A stretch of 64,000 bases of DNA, taken from NCBI GenBank assembly GCA_963678315.1, contig OY782781.1, forward strand, positions 2,912,001-2,976,000, written 5' to 3'. The stretch's first letter is position 1, and each line of letters opens with the position of its first letter. Below, in pieces: positions 54,903 through 64,000 of this stretch. The DNA is from Candidatus Cloacimonadales bacterium (GTDB lineage: Bacteria > Cloacimonadota > Cloacimonadia > Cloacimonadales > JAFGVF01). The translations under genes were made by a program, and so were the position numbers. A model generated the notes under the pieces. It was not told the DNA's origin. It searched no databases and worked only from the letters and a program-made list of their open reading frames with translations.

Positions 54903-55934
54903 ATGGCTAATTTAAAAAACTTACAAAACTTAGATAGAAGATGGGTTTACTTATTCATAGCTGTTGCTATTATTACACCACTTATCTTCCCGTTTAACTC
55001 AAAAACATATTCAACAACTTATGTTGAAAGCTTATACCAATTAGTTGATTCTTACTCTCCTTATGTGAGAGCTGATGATATTAACCAAGATGGTGTTATT
55101 GATGACAGTGAAGTTGAGAAATTCAAAATAGACCGTGCTATTTTCATGGACTTCTATCATGATGCATCAACTATGCCTGAGCTCTTCCCTATGGAAGTTG
55201 CTATGCTTAGACACTGTTTCTACCGTAGAATTCCAGTATTTACTTTCACTGCTTTGATTGCTGCAGCTCCGATTATTGAAGACGCTATTGCTCAAGCAAG
55301 TGAAGGTGTTTCAAAACAAACAGGAAGACCAATTGTTCGTGGTAAAGACTACTGTAACATTGGCTACAAACCTGCTGCTCTTTACTTACCTATTCTTCTT
55401 GGTATGGGTGATGATATTGCGAAAGTTGTTGAAACAGATGCTGACGGTAACAGAATGGAATCACTTCCAATCTTTACTGAAACTACTATTAAAAACTATA
55501 CTCAAATGAATCTTGTTTATGAAACTTCTGGTTCTGAACCTGGTACATCATGGATGATTTATGCTAGACCTAAGTTTGGTGTTAATGTTGGTGTTGGACT
55601 TACTGCTGTTATGGCAGCTGACCAATATCCTTACCTACAATCAGGTCAATGTGTTGGTATGACTGCTGGACTAAAAGGTGCTGCTGAATACGAAATGCTC
55701 GTTGATAGATTTGCTATGCGTGGTATACCATTCTCTAAAGGTCAATTAGACTCTTATGATGAAGAAGCTGAAAAGGTTCTAGATATTACTAGTGATGCTG
55801 TTCCTACTAGCTTTAAACAAGCTCGTCTTGGTATGAATGCTCAGTCTGTTGCTCACATGTTAATCATTCTTTTCATTATCGTAGGTAACATTGGTTACTT
55901 CATGGAAAGAAAGAAATCTAAAAAGAATTTATAG
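54903..55934 (+). CDS. membrane-anchored protein of unknown function
   Basis: N- and C-terminal TM helices; PYLQSGQ..G...GLKGAAEYE, MNAQSVAH. Confidence 0.75.
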   Translation: MANLKNLQNLDRRWVYLFIAVAIITPLIFPFNSKTYSTTYVESLYQLVDSYSPYVRADDINQDGVIDDSEVEKFKIDRAIFMDFYHDASTMPELFPMEVAMLRHCFYRRIPVFTFTALIAAAPIIEDAIAQASEGVSKQTGRPIVRGKDYCNIGYKPAALYLPILLGMGDDIAKVVETDADGNRMESLPIFTETTIKNYTQMNLVYETSGSEPGTSWMIYARPKFGVNVGVGLTAVMAADQYPYLQSGQCVGMTAGLKGAAEYEMLVDRFAMRGIPFSKGQLDSYDEEAEKVLDITSDAVPTSFKQARLGMNAQSVAHMLIILFIIVGNIGYFMERKKSKKNL

Positions 55935-55946
55935 GAGGTAAATAAG

Positions 55947-56543
55947 ATGACTTTACTCGGTCAAATTGTTGCGGTATTTTTTACGCTAGCAATATTCTCA
56001 TTTCTCTATAAGGATAATCCAGCTTATAGATTTGCTGAATACCTCCTTGTAGGTGTATCAATGGGTTACGGTATTCCCCTAATTTGGGAACAAGCCTTTA
56101 TGCCATTCGTTTATCAAAGACTATTTGTTGAACATAAATGGATCTTTATTATTCCATGTCTATTCGGTATGTTATACTGGTTTAGATTCAGCAGAAACCT
56201 AGGTTGGTTATCTAGATATCCAATCGCTATCGGTATGGGTGCTGTTGGTATGAGTGTTACTATGAGTATGAACTCTATGGTTCTTGTTCAAGTTAGACAA
56301 GCTATGGTTCCACTAGAAAACTTTAACTTATTCTTAGTTTTCTTAGGTACTATTACTGTGCTTTTCTACTTCTTCTTCTCAAAAGCTCATACAGGACTCT
56401 ACGGGAAGTTCTCTAAGATTGGTATCTGGTACATGATGATTGGTTTCGGTGCTTCATTCGGTTTTACCGTTATGGCTCGTATCTCTCTTCTTATCGGAAG
56501 ACTTCAATTCTTAGCACAAACTTTCAGTGGTTGGTTCTCATAG
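55947..56543 (+). CDS. polytopic membrane protein
   Basis: SFLYKDNPAYRFAE, MIGFGASFGFTVMARISLLIGR; GGAGG RBS. Confidence 0.75.
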   Translation: MTLLGQIVAVFFTLAIFSFLYKDNPAYRFAEYLLVGVSMGYGIPLIWEQAFMPFVYQRLFVEHKWIFIIPCLFGMLYWFRFSRNLGWLSRYPIAIGMGAVGMSVTMSMNSMVLVQVRQAMVPLENFNLFLVFLGTITVLFYFFFSKAHTGLYGKFSKIGIWYMMIGFGASFGFTVMARISLLIGRLQFLAQTFSGWFS

Positions 56544-56572
56544 AAACTGAAATATAAGAATATAAAATATCT

Positions 56573-56607
56573 AAGAGCTTTGACTTATGTCAGAGCTCTT
56601 TCTTTTT
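56573..56607 (+). terminator. intrinsic terminator of the four-gene membrane operon
   Basis: AAGAGCTTTGAC-TTAT-GTCAGAGCTCTT followed by a T-rich tract. Confidence 0.8.
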
Positions 56608-56691
56608 GATGTATAAGTATACACAAATATATCGAAGGAAGTATGATAGCATTCTGCTAGAGTGCTTTCCATGTTCATGCTTATACAAACT

Positions 56692-56716
56692 GTAGAGACG
56701 TTTGGAAAAACGTCTC
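56692..56716. repeat. GTAG-type REP palindrome
   Basis: GTAGAGACGTTTGGAAAAACGTCTC, the reverse complement of the copies at 43572 and 47000. Confidence 0.85.
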
Positions 56717-56940
56717 AATTGCAAGCAAGTTGCTTGCAACCATCTCTTATGGGGTGCATTCAATCGTCTTCGCCGATCACGGTCCCTTTTGAATGCGCAT
56801 CTTTAAACCCTATTCGCAGTCGAGAATTCCTGCAATCCGTAAGCTAGCTTCCTTGTTCACCTATCTCTGAGCTTAATAGTCTCCTGCATTAAATCTCATT
56901 TTAATTCAAGAGGCCTTTGACTATGACAAGAATTCAAAGC

Positions 56941-56975
56941 AAAAAAAAAGAGAGCCTTGACAAAGTCAAAGCTCC
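56941..56975 (-). terminator. intrinsic terminator of ppdK
   Basis: GAGCCTTGAC-AAA-GTCAAAGCTC stem preceded by an A-tract. Confidence 0.7.
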
Positions 56976-57011
56976 CAATCTATTTTCAATTATCTAAATA
57001 ATCTTAGTTAA

Positions 57012-59744
57012 TTATGATCTAGGGTTTTTAGCTGCTGCTTGTGCTGCTGCTAATCTAGCGATAGGTACACGGAATGGTGAGCATGAAACATAGTTCATAC
57101 CAACACTATGACAGAATTCAACTGATGATGGTTCACCACCATGTTCGCCACAGATACCAACTTTAAGTTCAGGTCTAGTTGAACGACCTTTTTCTGTACC
57201 CATTTGAACTAATTGTCCAACACCTGATTGATCAAGTTGTTGGAAAGGATCTGATGGTAGAAGACCTTTTTCAAGATAGATAGGTAAGAATTTACCAGCA
57301 TCGTCACGTGAGTAACCGAATGTCATTTGAGTAAGGTCATTAGTACCGAATGAGAAGAATTCAGCAACTTCAGCAACTTGGTCAGCAGTTAAAGCAGCTC
57401 TAGGAATTTCAATCATTGTACCAACCATGTAATCTACAGATTCGCCTGTTTCAGAAAATACTTTAGAAGCAGTTTCTCTGATGATACTTTCTTGAAGTTT
57501 AAGTTCAGCAACTGTACCGATAAGTGGAACCATGATTTCTGGGTGTACATCGATACCTTCTTTTTTCACATTGATAGCAGCTTCGATGATTGCTCTAGCT
57601 TGCATAGCAGTGATTTCTGGGTATGTGTTACCTAAACGACAACCACGGTGACCAAGCATAGGGTTGAATTCAGCTAATGATTCAACTTTGTCTTTAACTT
57701 CTTGAAGAGTTAAGCCCATTTCGTCAGCCATGATTTGTTGTGCTTTTTCATCATGAGGTACGAATTCGTGTAATGGTGGATCAAGTAATCTAACAGTTAC
57801 ACCGAATGTATCCATAGCTCTGAAAATACCTTCGAAGTCTTCACGTTGGTAAGGTAAAATTTTAGCTAAAGCAGTTTCTCTACCATTAACGTCTTCAGAA
57901 AGAATCATTTCTCTAACAGCTTTAATTCTTTCACCTTCGAAGAACATGTGTTCTGTACGGCAAAGACCGATACCTTGAGCACCGAAGTTTCTAGCTACTT
58001 CAGCATCATGTGGAGTATCAGCATTAGTTCTAACATACATGTTTGTGAATTTGTCTGCAAGTTCCATTAATTTACCGAAGTTACCTGATAATTCAGGATC
58101 GATAGTTTCAATGTTACCTTCATAAACTTCACCAGTAGATCCGTTTAATGAAATCCAGTCGTTTTCACCATAAACTGTACCACCGATTGTAAGTGTTCTT
58201 TTCTTATAGTCGATTTTTAAAGCACCAACACCTGATACACAGCATTTACCCATACCACGAGCCACAACAGCAGCGTGAGAAGTCATTCCACCACGAGCAG
58301 TAAGGATACCTTGAGCAGTGTTCATACCTGCTAAATCTTCAGGAGAAGTTTCGATTCTAACAAGAATAACTTTTTCACCTTTAGCAAATCTTTCTTCAGC
58401 TTCATCAGAGAAGAAACAGATTTTACCTGTAGCAGCACCAGGAGATGCAGGAAGACCAGAAGCTAATACTTTACCAGCAGCTAAAGCTTCTTTCTTGAAT
58501 ACAGGGTGTAGAAGTTCATCTAATTTGTTAGGTTCAACTCTTAATAGAGCTGTTTTAGCATCGATGAAACCTTCTTCCATCATTTCGATAGCCATTCTTA
58601 CCATGGCTGCACCAGTTCTTTTGCCATTACGAGTTTGTAAGAACCATAATTTACCATCTTGGATAGTGAATTCAAGGTCTTGCATATCTTTATAATGATC
58701 TTCTAGTTTTTGTTGAATATCATCTAATTCTTTATAGATTTCAGGCATTGTTTCTTCTAATGAAGGATAATTAGCTGCTCTGTCTTCTTCTGTAACATTA
58801 GCTAATTTAGCCCATCTTCTTGAACCTTCAAGAGTAATTTCTTGTGGAGTTCTAACACCAGCAACAACGTCTTCACCTTGAGCATTGATTAAATACTCAC
58901 CATTGAAGATGTTTTCACCTGTAGCAGCGTCACGTGTGAAAGCAACACCAGTAGCTGAGTTTTCACCCATGTTACCATAAACCATTGCTTGAACGTTAAC
59001 AGCTGTTCCCCATTCACCAGGAATGCTATTCATTTTTCTATAATAGATAGCTCTTTCATTATTCCAGCTACCAAACACAGCAAAGATTGCACCCCATAAT
59101 TGTTCCCAAGGACAATCAGGGAAATCTCTACCTGTATTTTCTTTAACAGCAGCTTTAAATTTAGCAACTAAAACTTTTAAGTCTTCAACTGTTAAATCTA
59201 AATCACTTTCAACACCTTTTGCTTCTTTCACTTCTTCAATGATTTCTTCAAAAGGATCAATATCTTCTTTTGATTTTGGTTTCATATCAAGAACAACATC
59301 ACCGTACATTTGTACGAAACGTCTGTATGAATCCCAAGCAAATCTGTCATTTCCTGATTTCTTTGCAATGCCTTCGACAGCATCATCATTTAAACCAAGA
59401 TTAAGAACTGTGTCCATCATACCTGGCATTGAAACTCTAGCGCCTGAACGTACTGATAAAAGAAGTGGATTTTCATTAGAACCAAATTTAGTTCCAAGAA
59501 TATCTTCTACATTTTTAATAGCAGCTTCAACTTCTGCTTTCAATAATTCTTTAATTTTCTCTTCACCAATTGTGTTATATTCAGTACATACATCTGTAGT
59601 AATTGTGAATCCTGGAGGCACAGGAACTCCAACCAAGTTCATCTCTGCCAAGTTTGCACCTTTACCACCAAGAAGGTTCTTCATTGAAGTCTTACCTTCT
59701 GCTTTGCCATTGCCAAATAAATAAACGCGTTTCACGTCGGACAT
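57012..59744 (-). CDS. ppdK: pyruvate, phosphate dikinase
   Basis: [28 protein letters not shown] phospho-His motif, [17 protein letters not shown]. Confidence 0.98.
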   Translation of the reverse strand: MSDVKRVYLFGNGKAEGKTSMKNLLGGKGANLAEMNLVGVPVPPGFTITTDVCTEYNTIGEEKIKELLKAEVEAAIKNVEDILGTKFGSNENPLLLSVRSGARVSMPGMMDTVLNLGLNDDAVEGIAKKSGNDRFAWDSYRRFVQMYGDVVLDMKPKSKEDIDPFEEIIEEVKEAKGVESDLDLTVEDLKVLVAKFKAAVKENTGRDFPDCPWEQLWGAIFAVFGSWNNERAIYYRKMNSIPGEWGTAVNVQAMVYGNMGENSATGVAFTRDAATGENIFNGEYLINAQGEDVVAGVRTPQEITLEGSRRWAKLANVTEEDRAANYPSLEETMPEIYKELDDIQQKLEDHYKDMQDLEFTIQDGKLWFLQTRNGKRTGAAMVRMAIEMMEEGFIDAKTALLRVEPNKLDELLHPVFKKEALAAGKVLASGLPASPGAATGKICFFSDEAEERFAKGEKVILVRIETSPEDLAGMNTAQGILTARGGMTSHAAVVARGMGKCCVSGVGALKIDYKKRTLTIGGTVYGENDWISLNGSTGEVYEGNIETIDPELSGNFGKLMELADKFTNMYVRTNADTPHDAEVARNFGAQGIGLCRTEHMFFEGERIKAVREMILSEDVNGRETALAKILPYQREDFEGIFRAMDTFGVTVRLLDPPLHEFVPHDEKAQQIMADEMGLTLQEVKDKVESLAEFNPMLGHRGCRLGNTYPEITAMQARAIIEAAINVKKEGIDVHPEIMVPLIGTVAELKLQESIIRETASKVFSETGESVDYMVGTMIEIPRAALTADQVAEVAEFFSFGTNDLTQMTFGYSRDDAGKFLPIYLEKGLLPSDPFQQLDQSGVGQLVQMGTEKGRSTRPELKVGICGEHGGEPSSVEFCHSVGMNYVSCSPFRVPIARLAAAQAAAKNPRS

Positions 59745-59968
59745 TTTTCCTCCTAACTTTTAGGTTATATATTGTCTTTAAATAAGTTACAACTTAATTA
59801 TTTTACGCATTCATTTCTAATAACTTATGCTATCTTGTCAATTAATATTTGGGAAAAACTTAACAATTCTCAAATGAACTCTTTGAATGCTAATTCTTGA
59901 TTAATTTATGATAAATTTACTATCAATATTAATCATAAAAACACTTCTTAACTTGAGACTGACAATAC

Positions 59969-60370
59969 ATTATTCGACTAATTCAACAAATAGTTTGACA
60001 TCTAAACTAAAAAAGCTAAAGTTTGCAATATTTTTTAATAGCAAGAGGTAAACATGAAAGAAAATGGGGTTTATATTTTAAACAAATTTGAAGTAGGACA
60101 ATTCTACGCTAAAAATCATAACTTAAACTATGGGGCAAACAATCCTCATAAGTTATATATATATATATATACTTTAGAAATCTAGCTTTCCCATAAAAAA
60201 CGACTGAATTCAATGTGAGAGCTGAATTCAGTCCGTAATAAACACTACAAGTGTTGTGTTGAAATTAATCAACGCAACATTATTACAAAAATAAAAAAAG
60301 TAAAGGAAAATATTATGAAAAAGATAATAATAATGTTGTTAGCCTTGTTGGCTATTGGGATAGTTAGTGC
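59969..60370 (+). repeat. ~400-bp promoter/leader/signal-peptide cassette, second copy at 62997-63396
   Basis: Near-identical sequence at offset 3028/3026, from upstream of TTGACA to the end of the signal peptide MKKIIIMLLALLAIGIVSA. Confidence 0.95.
60054..60185 (+). CDS. leader peptide (43 aa) containing a (TA)9 tract
   Basis: GAGGT RBS; MKENGVYILNKFEVGQFYAKNHNLNYGANNPHKLYIYIYTLEI*; substitutions versus copy 2 are all synonymous. Confidence 0.6.
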   Translation: MKENGVYILNKFEVGQFYAKNHNLNYGANNPHKLYIYIYTLEI

Positions 60371-60677
60371 ATATACATTAGTGATTAGAACTGATGTACC
60401 TGTAGATTTAACAAATTGGATGTATAGATACAACGATAATGGACCATATTATCCATGTCCAAATCATGATGAACATTTATCACCTGGAGTTTATACTTAT
60501 GAATTAGCTGCACCGCATTATAAATTTAACTATAAGTACTTTTCAGAAATAACAGGGAATATGAGAACTGGAGTAAAATATTTAGATTTTAGTTCAACAG
60601 ATGTTATAGAAATTGTGTTCAAAGGTAAACTTGGTATAACACCAATAGAACCTGTGTTTCCACCAAGTGGACAATAA
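60315..60677 (+). CDS. small secreted protein
   Basis: Signal peptide identical to that of 63341-63682; Pro-rich tail. Confidence 0.75.
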   Translation: MKKIIIMLLALLAIGIVSAYTLVIRTDVPVDLTNWMYRYNDNGPYYPCPNHDEHLSPGVYTYELAAPHYKFNYKYFSEITGNMRTGVKYLDFSSTDVIEIVFKGKLGITPIEPVFPPSGQ

Positions 60678-60729
60678 TTATAAGTAATTACAAAGGGAGC
60701 TAATGCTCCCTTTGAATAAGGAGGAAGAT

Positions 60730-62934
60730 ATGTTAAAAAGACTATTTTTATTAGTAATATTACTAGCTATTTTAAGTTTGAGTGCTGTTTTCGACTTAAG
60801 TTTAGAATCTGAGTTTAATACTTCGTCTAGAACTAGATGTTTGCACATGAGTATTGATGGAGATTACTTATGCTACAATAGTTTTCATGGACTACATATT
60901 ATTGACCAAGACTTTAATGAATTTAATGAGATACCATTGTCCAATATTGATGATTTTCAGATGTGCAACAATAATTTATATACATACACTGACCATGGGG
61001 AGCTTAATTCATACACAATAGATCTTTATAGGAACTATTTAACCAATAGTGGAGAATATAGATCTATAACATTTACCAATAGTTCAATGTGGCGAATGTC
61101 CAAGTGTAACAATGTTTTATTAATCAACTATTATGACTATGATAATCACGGATATCGTACTCTGACTTTAGATTCCTACTTAGCTGTATCTCATATTGAA
61201 TCTTTAGATGATTATAAATTTCTATCCAAAATTAATAATAGTGATTATATCTTAGCAAATAATGAGAATAATGATTCAATATGCATGTTCTCTATTTCAT
61301 CTGAGGCAAATAATACTGTCGATATTATAGACTTGCCAGATAGTAACTATTATGAAGGGAGTCTCTACAACAATATATTAGCATTAAGAAACCAAGAAAG
61401 TGTTGATTTTATAAATCTAGAGACAAATGAGACTTTCTACAACTATACTTATGATGATGCCCTGAACTCATACAATGGTATCTATGTTGATGAGACTGTA
61501 TTGATTTTTGCTACATACATTGACTCCAGATTTAAACTAAAGGTTGTTGATATTGCTTCAGGAGAACTTCTAATGTACAAGGATGTTAATGATCTAGTGA
61601 ATCTGCAATATATGGAATTATCATTTTTATCAGAATTGTGTCAATGTGAGAATGATTTATATTTAATTGCTAACAATCAACCGTTAATCAAACTACAAGT
61701 TAACAATGATGATATTGAGTTAGTTGATTATTTTAACAATGTTTACTCTCCTATACTAGGGACTTACAGCAATGAAAACTACTTTTATCATTGTAATATT
61801 CCAGAGCTACTTGTTACAGATATAAGTGACCCCTCAAATCCTGTTAACATAGAGCACAATCTCCCAGATGGTATATATCAATGGTATGATATAAATGAAC
61901 AACTAACTGCTTTGCGATATAATCTTGATAATGGTATGCTATATCACTACACAATAGAAAATAATGAAATAGTAAGCTCTGACTCATTAGTTAACCTATC
62001 TATTTTTCAAGATGACTATATGACCCCTTTAGATTGTAATGAAGAAAGAGTAATATATAAAAACTCAGAGGGGGTTAAAGCTGTTGATCTAATAGATCAT
62101 TCGCTAATGTGGGAGTTAGATTATAACTCACCAGTTATGTTACAAGCAGTTATTGGTGATTACTTATATGTTGGTGAATTTATGCACAATGATTATACAG
62201 TATATCAGTTTGATAATGAGTCTATTACATTTATTCAAGATTTCCATACTGATAACATTGAGTTTGCTGATTTTTACACTCAAGATGAAATGTTAGTTGT
62301 TCATGGTTTTGAAGGTGGCTATTGCTATGATATCAGAGAAAATCCTGTACCGCAAGAGCCAATCTTAGAAGATGTTATAACTAACGTCAACAGTAATATT
62401 GTTTCATTTAACAATAGCAAGCTGTTTGTAGGGAATATACTACAAGATGGTCAAGAATTATCCAACTACTTGTGTTGTATCAATGAAGATGATGGAAACT
62501 TCTCTCTTATTGGAGCAATACCTGTAATGTATGAATACGTCAATGTAAGTTTAAATTACATCGACAATACAAACTTCAACATTATCTTTGATGGAAATGT
62601 AGGTTCTGCGATCTATTCATGTCATTTAACCCCCAACGGAAACTTTGAAGTTCAACCTGTTAATCTAGAATGTTCAAACTACCCTAATCCTTTTAATCCG
62701 CAAACGACTATTTCCTATAATATTGATAAAGCGTCAGATGTAGAGCTAACAATCTATAATATTAAAGGTCAGAAAGTAAGAACACTTGTTGATGATCAAC
62801 AAGAAGCAGGTAGACATGATATTGTTTGGGATGGTACAGATAGCAAGGGTAAGAAAGTAGCTTCAGGAACTTACCTCTATAAGGTAAAAGCTGATGACCA
62901 AGAAGTAGTAAATAAGATGTTAATGATTAAATAA
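60730..62934 (+). CDS. large secreted beta-propeller-like protein with FlgD/T9SS-type C-terminal domain
   Basis: GGAGG RBS, signal peptide, LVIVD-like LVTDISDPSNP, NYPNPFNPQTTI tail. Confidence 0.8.
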   Translation: MLKRLFLLVILLAILSLSAVFDLSLESEFNTSSRTRCLHMSIDGDYLCYNSFHGLHIIDQDFNEFNEIPLSNIDDFQMCNNNLYTYTDHGELNSYTIDLYRNYLTNSGEYRSITFTNSSMWRMSKCNNVLLINYYDYDNHGYRTLTLDSYLAVSHIESLDDYKFLSKINNSDYILANNENNDSICMFSISSEANNTVDIIDLPDSNYYEGSLYNNILALRNQESVDFINLETNETFYNYTYDDALNSYNGIYVDETVLIFATYIDSRFKLKVVDIASGELLMYKDVNDLVNLQYMELSFLSELCQCENDLYLIANNQPLIKLQVNNDDIELVDYFNNVYSPILGTYSNENYFYHCNIPELLVTDISDPSNPVNIEHNLPDGIYQWYDINEQLTALRYNLDNGMLYHYTIENNEIVSSDSLVNLSIFQDDYMTPLDCNEERVIYKNSEGVKAVDLIDHSLMWELDYNSPVMLQAVIGDYLYVGEFMHNDYTVYQFDNESITFIQDFHTDNIEFADFYTQDEMLVVHGFEGGYCYDIRENPVPQEPILEDVITNVNSNIVSFNNSKLFVGNILQDGQELSNYLCCINEDDGNFSLIGAIPVMYEYVNVSLNYIDNTNFNIIFDGNVGSAIYSCHLTPNGNFEVQPVNLECSNYPNPFNPQTTISYNIDKASDVELTIYNIKGQKVRTLVDDQQEAGRHDIVWDGTDSKGKKVASGTYLYKVKADDQEVVNKMLMIK

Positions 62935-62942
62935 TTCTGTTA

Positions 62943-62968
62943 GGAGCAGGCTTTTTAGTCTGCTCTTT
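62943..62968 (+). terminator. probable intrinsic terminator
   Basis: GAGCAGGCT-TTTT-AGTCTGCTC followed by TTT, just after the stop at 62934. Confidence 0.6.
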
Positions 62969-63081
62969 AATTAATTTTGTTACAGTGAGATAACAAATTA
63001 TTCGACTAAATCAATAAATAGTTTGACATCTAAATTAAAAATGCTAAAGTTTGCAATATGTTTTAATAGCAAGAGGTAAAC

Positions 63082-63222
63082 ATGAAAGAAAATGGGGTTT
63101 ATATTTTAAACAAATTTGAAGTAGGACAATTCTACGCTAAAAATCATAACTTAAATTATGGGGCAAATAATCCTCATAAGCTATATATATATATATACTT
63201 TAGAAATCTAGCTTTCCCATAA
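63082..63222 (+). CDS. leader peptide (46 aa) containing a (TA)8 tract
   Basis: Same RBS and N-terminus as 60054; one fewer TA gives the ending LYIYIYFRNLAFP*. Confidence 0.6.
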   Translation: MKENGVYILNKFEVGQFYAKNHNLNYGANNPHKLYIYIYFRNLAFP

Positions 63223-63340
63223 TAAACGACTGAATTCAATGTGAGAGCTGAATTCAGTCCGTAATAAACACTACAAGTGTTGTGTTGAAATTAATCAACG
63301 CAACATTATTACAAAAATAAAAAAAATAAAGGAAAATATT

Positions 63341-63682
63341 ATGAAAAAGATAATAATAATGTTGTTAGCCTTGTTGGCTATTGGGATAGTTAGTGCGAAA
63401 ACAATACATATACACACAGATATGATAATTGATAACATAGCCGTATATAGATACGACCATCTTGGCACCTGTAGTTTGTATAATACATATGGTAATTGTA
63501 AAGATATCAGTGGCCTACCTTCAGGAACATACAGAACAGTTATTGACGGAAAAACTATAATTGATCGTTTCCCTGTTACATGGGTTGAAGATAATATTTG
63601 GTTGATTACTGGCGATGAAGTTACTATTGAAAAATACTATGATACGGCGTCTGGTGATCCAGGAACAGGTAATGAACAATAA
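63341..63682 (+). CDS. small secreted protein
   Basis: Same signal peptide as 60315-60677, different mature region. Confidence 0.75.
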   Translation: MKKIIIMLLALLAIGIVSAKTIHIHTDMIIDNIAVYRYDHLGTCSLYNTYGNCKDISGLPSGTYRTVIDGKTIIDRFPVTWVEDNIWLITGDEVTIEKYYDTASGDPGTGNEQ

Positions 63683-63738
63683 ATAAAGCATTCAGGGTAG
63701 ATAATCTACCCTGAATTCTACACTTTTAAGGAGGATAA

Positions 63739-64000
63739 ATGGCTTTTTTTAGAATTTCAACTATCTTATTATTTTGTTTTTTAGCAGTTAGCTTATTTTG
63801 TAATGTAGATTTTGAGAGTTCCAATTATTTTGGAATTGCAGATTCACCTCAAAATTTTTTTAAAAGTATACATATGATGAACGACTTACTAATCTCAGAA
63901 ACTGCATTTGGGTTAAATTTCAAACAAATTCATGAAGATGGTTCTCTAGAAAACTTGTGCTCTCTTAGATGTGACAGTCTTAGCAGCATTGTTGCATCCA
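63739..64000 (+). CDS. secreted protein, 3'-truncated by the window (positional counterpart of 60730-62934)
   Basis: AGGAGG RBS, MAFFRISTILLFCFLAVSLFC signal-like N-terminus, frame open to the window end. Confidence 0.7.
   Translation, partial: MAFFRISTILLFCFLAVSLFCNVDFESSNYFGIADSPQNFFKSIHMMNDLLISETAFGLNFKQIHEDGSLENLCSLRCDSLSSIVAS

Noticed and set aside
58318..59724. Antisense ORFs within ppdK (and similar ones within pyrE, thiE, thiM, GIY-YIG and the helicase)
   Set aside because: Shadow frames of well-supported genes, lacking RBS or motifs
59969..63396. Diversity-generating retroelement template/variable repeat pair
   Set aside because: Differences are not adenine-specific, the repeat covers promoter and signal peptide rather than a C-terminal variable region, and no reverse transcriptase is present in the window

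Overview
AT-rich bacterial chromosome segment, very likely Candidatus Cloacimonadota. That inference rests on the adjacent kat-kce lysine-fermentation pair and on four complete secreted proteins ending in the PNPFNPxTTI/FlgD-Ig (T9SS-type) C-terminal domain. Housekeeping content: aqpZ, tmRNA, rnhB, a pdxA-methyltransferase fusion, pyrE, mutL-miaA, a thiamine salvage operon, rRNA methyltransferases, class III fbp and ppdK. A degenerate defence-like island (about 8.1-17.8 kb) lies downstream of the tmRNA 3' end, and the intergenic spaces hold many REP-like palindromes. Most notable: (1) a hidden ~499-aa secreted selenoprotein (UxxC redoxin domain, SECIS-like hairpin) that the ORF track splits in two; (2) a ~400-bp control cassette duplicated 3 kb apart, carrying an unannotated leader peptide with a length-variable (TA)n tract that moves its stop codon relative to a hairpin, ahead of divergent small+large secreted protein pairs; (3) a tmRNA-abutting 125-bp structured repeat array beside a frameshifted GIY-YIG nuclease; (4) an uncharacterised four-gene membrane operon. 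All family assignments come from motifs recognised by eye; no searches were run.
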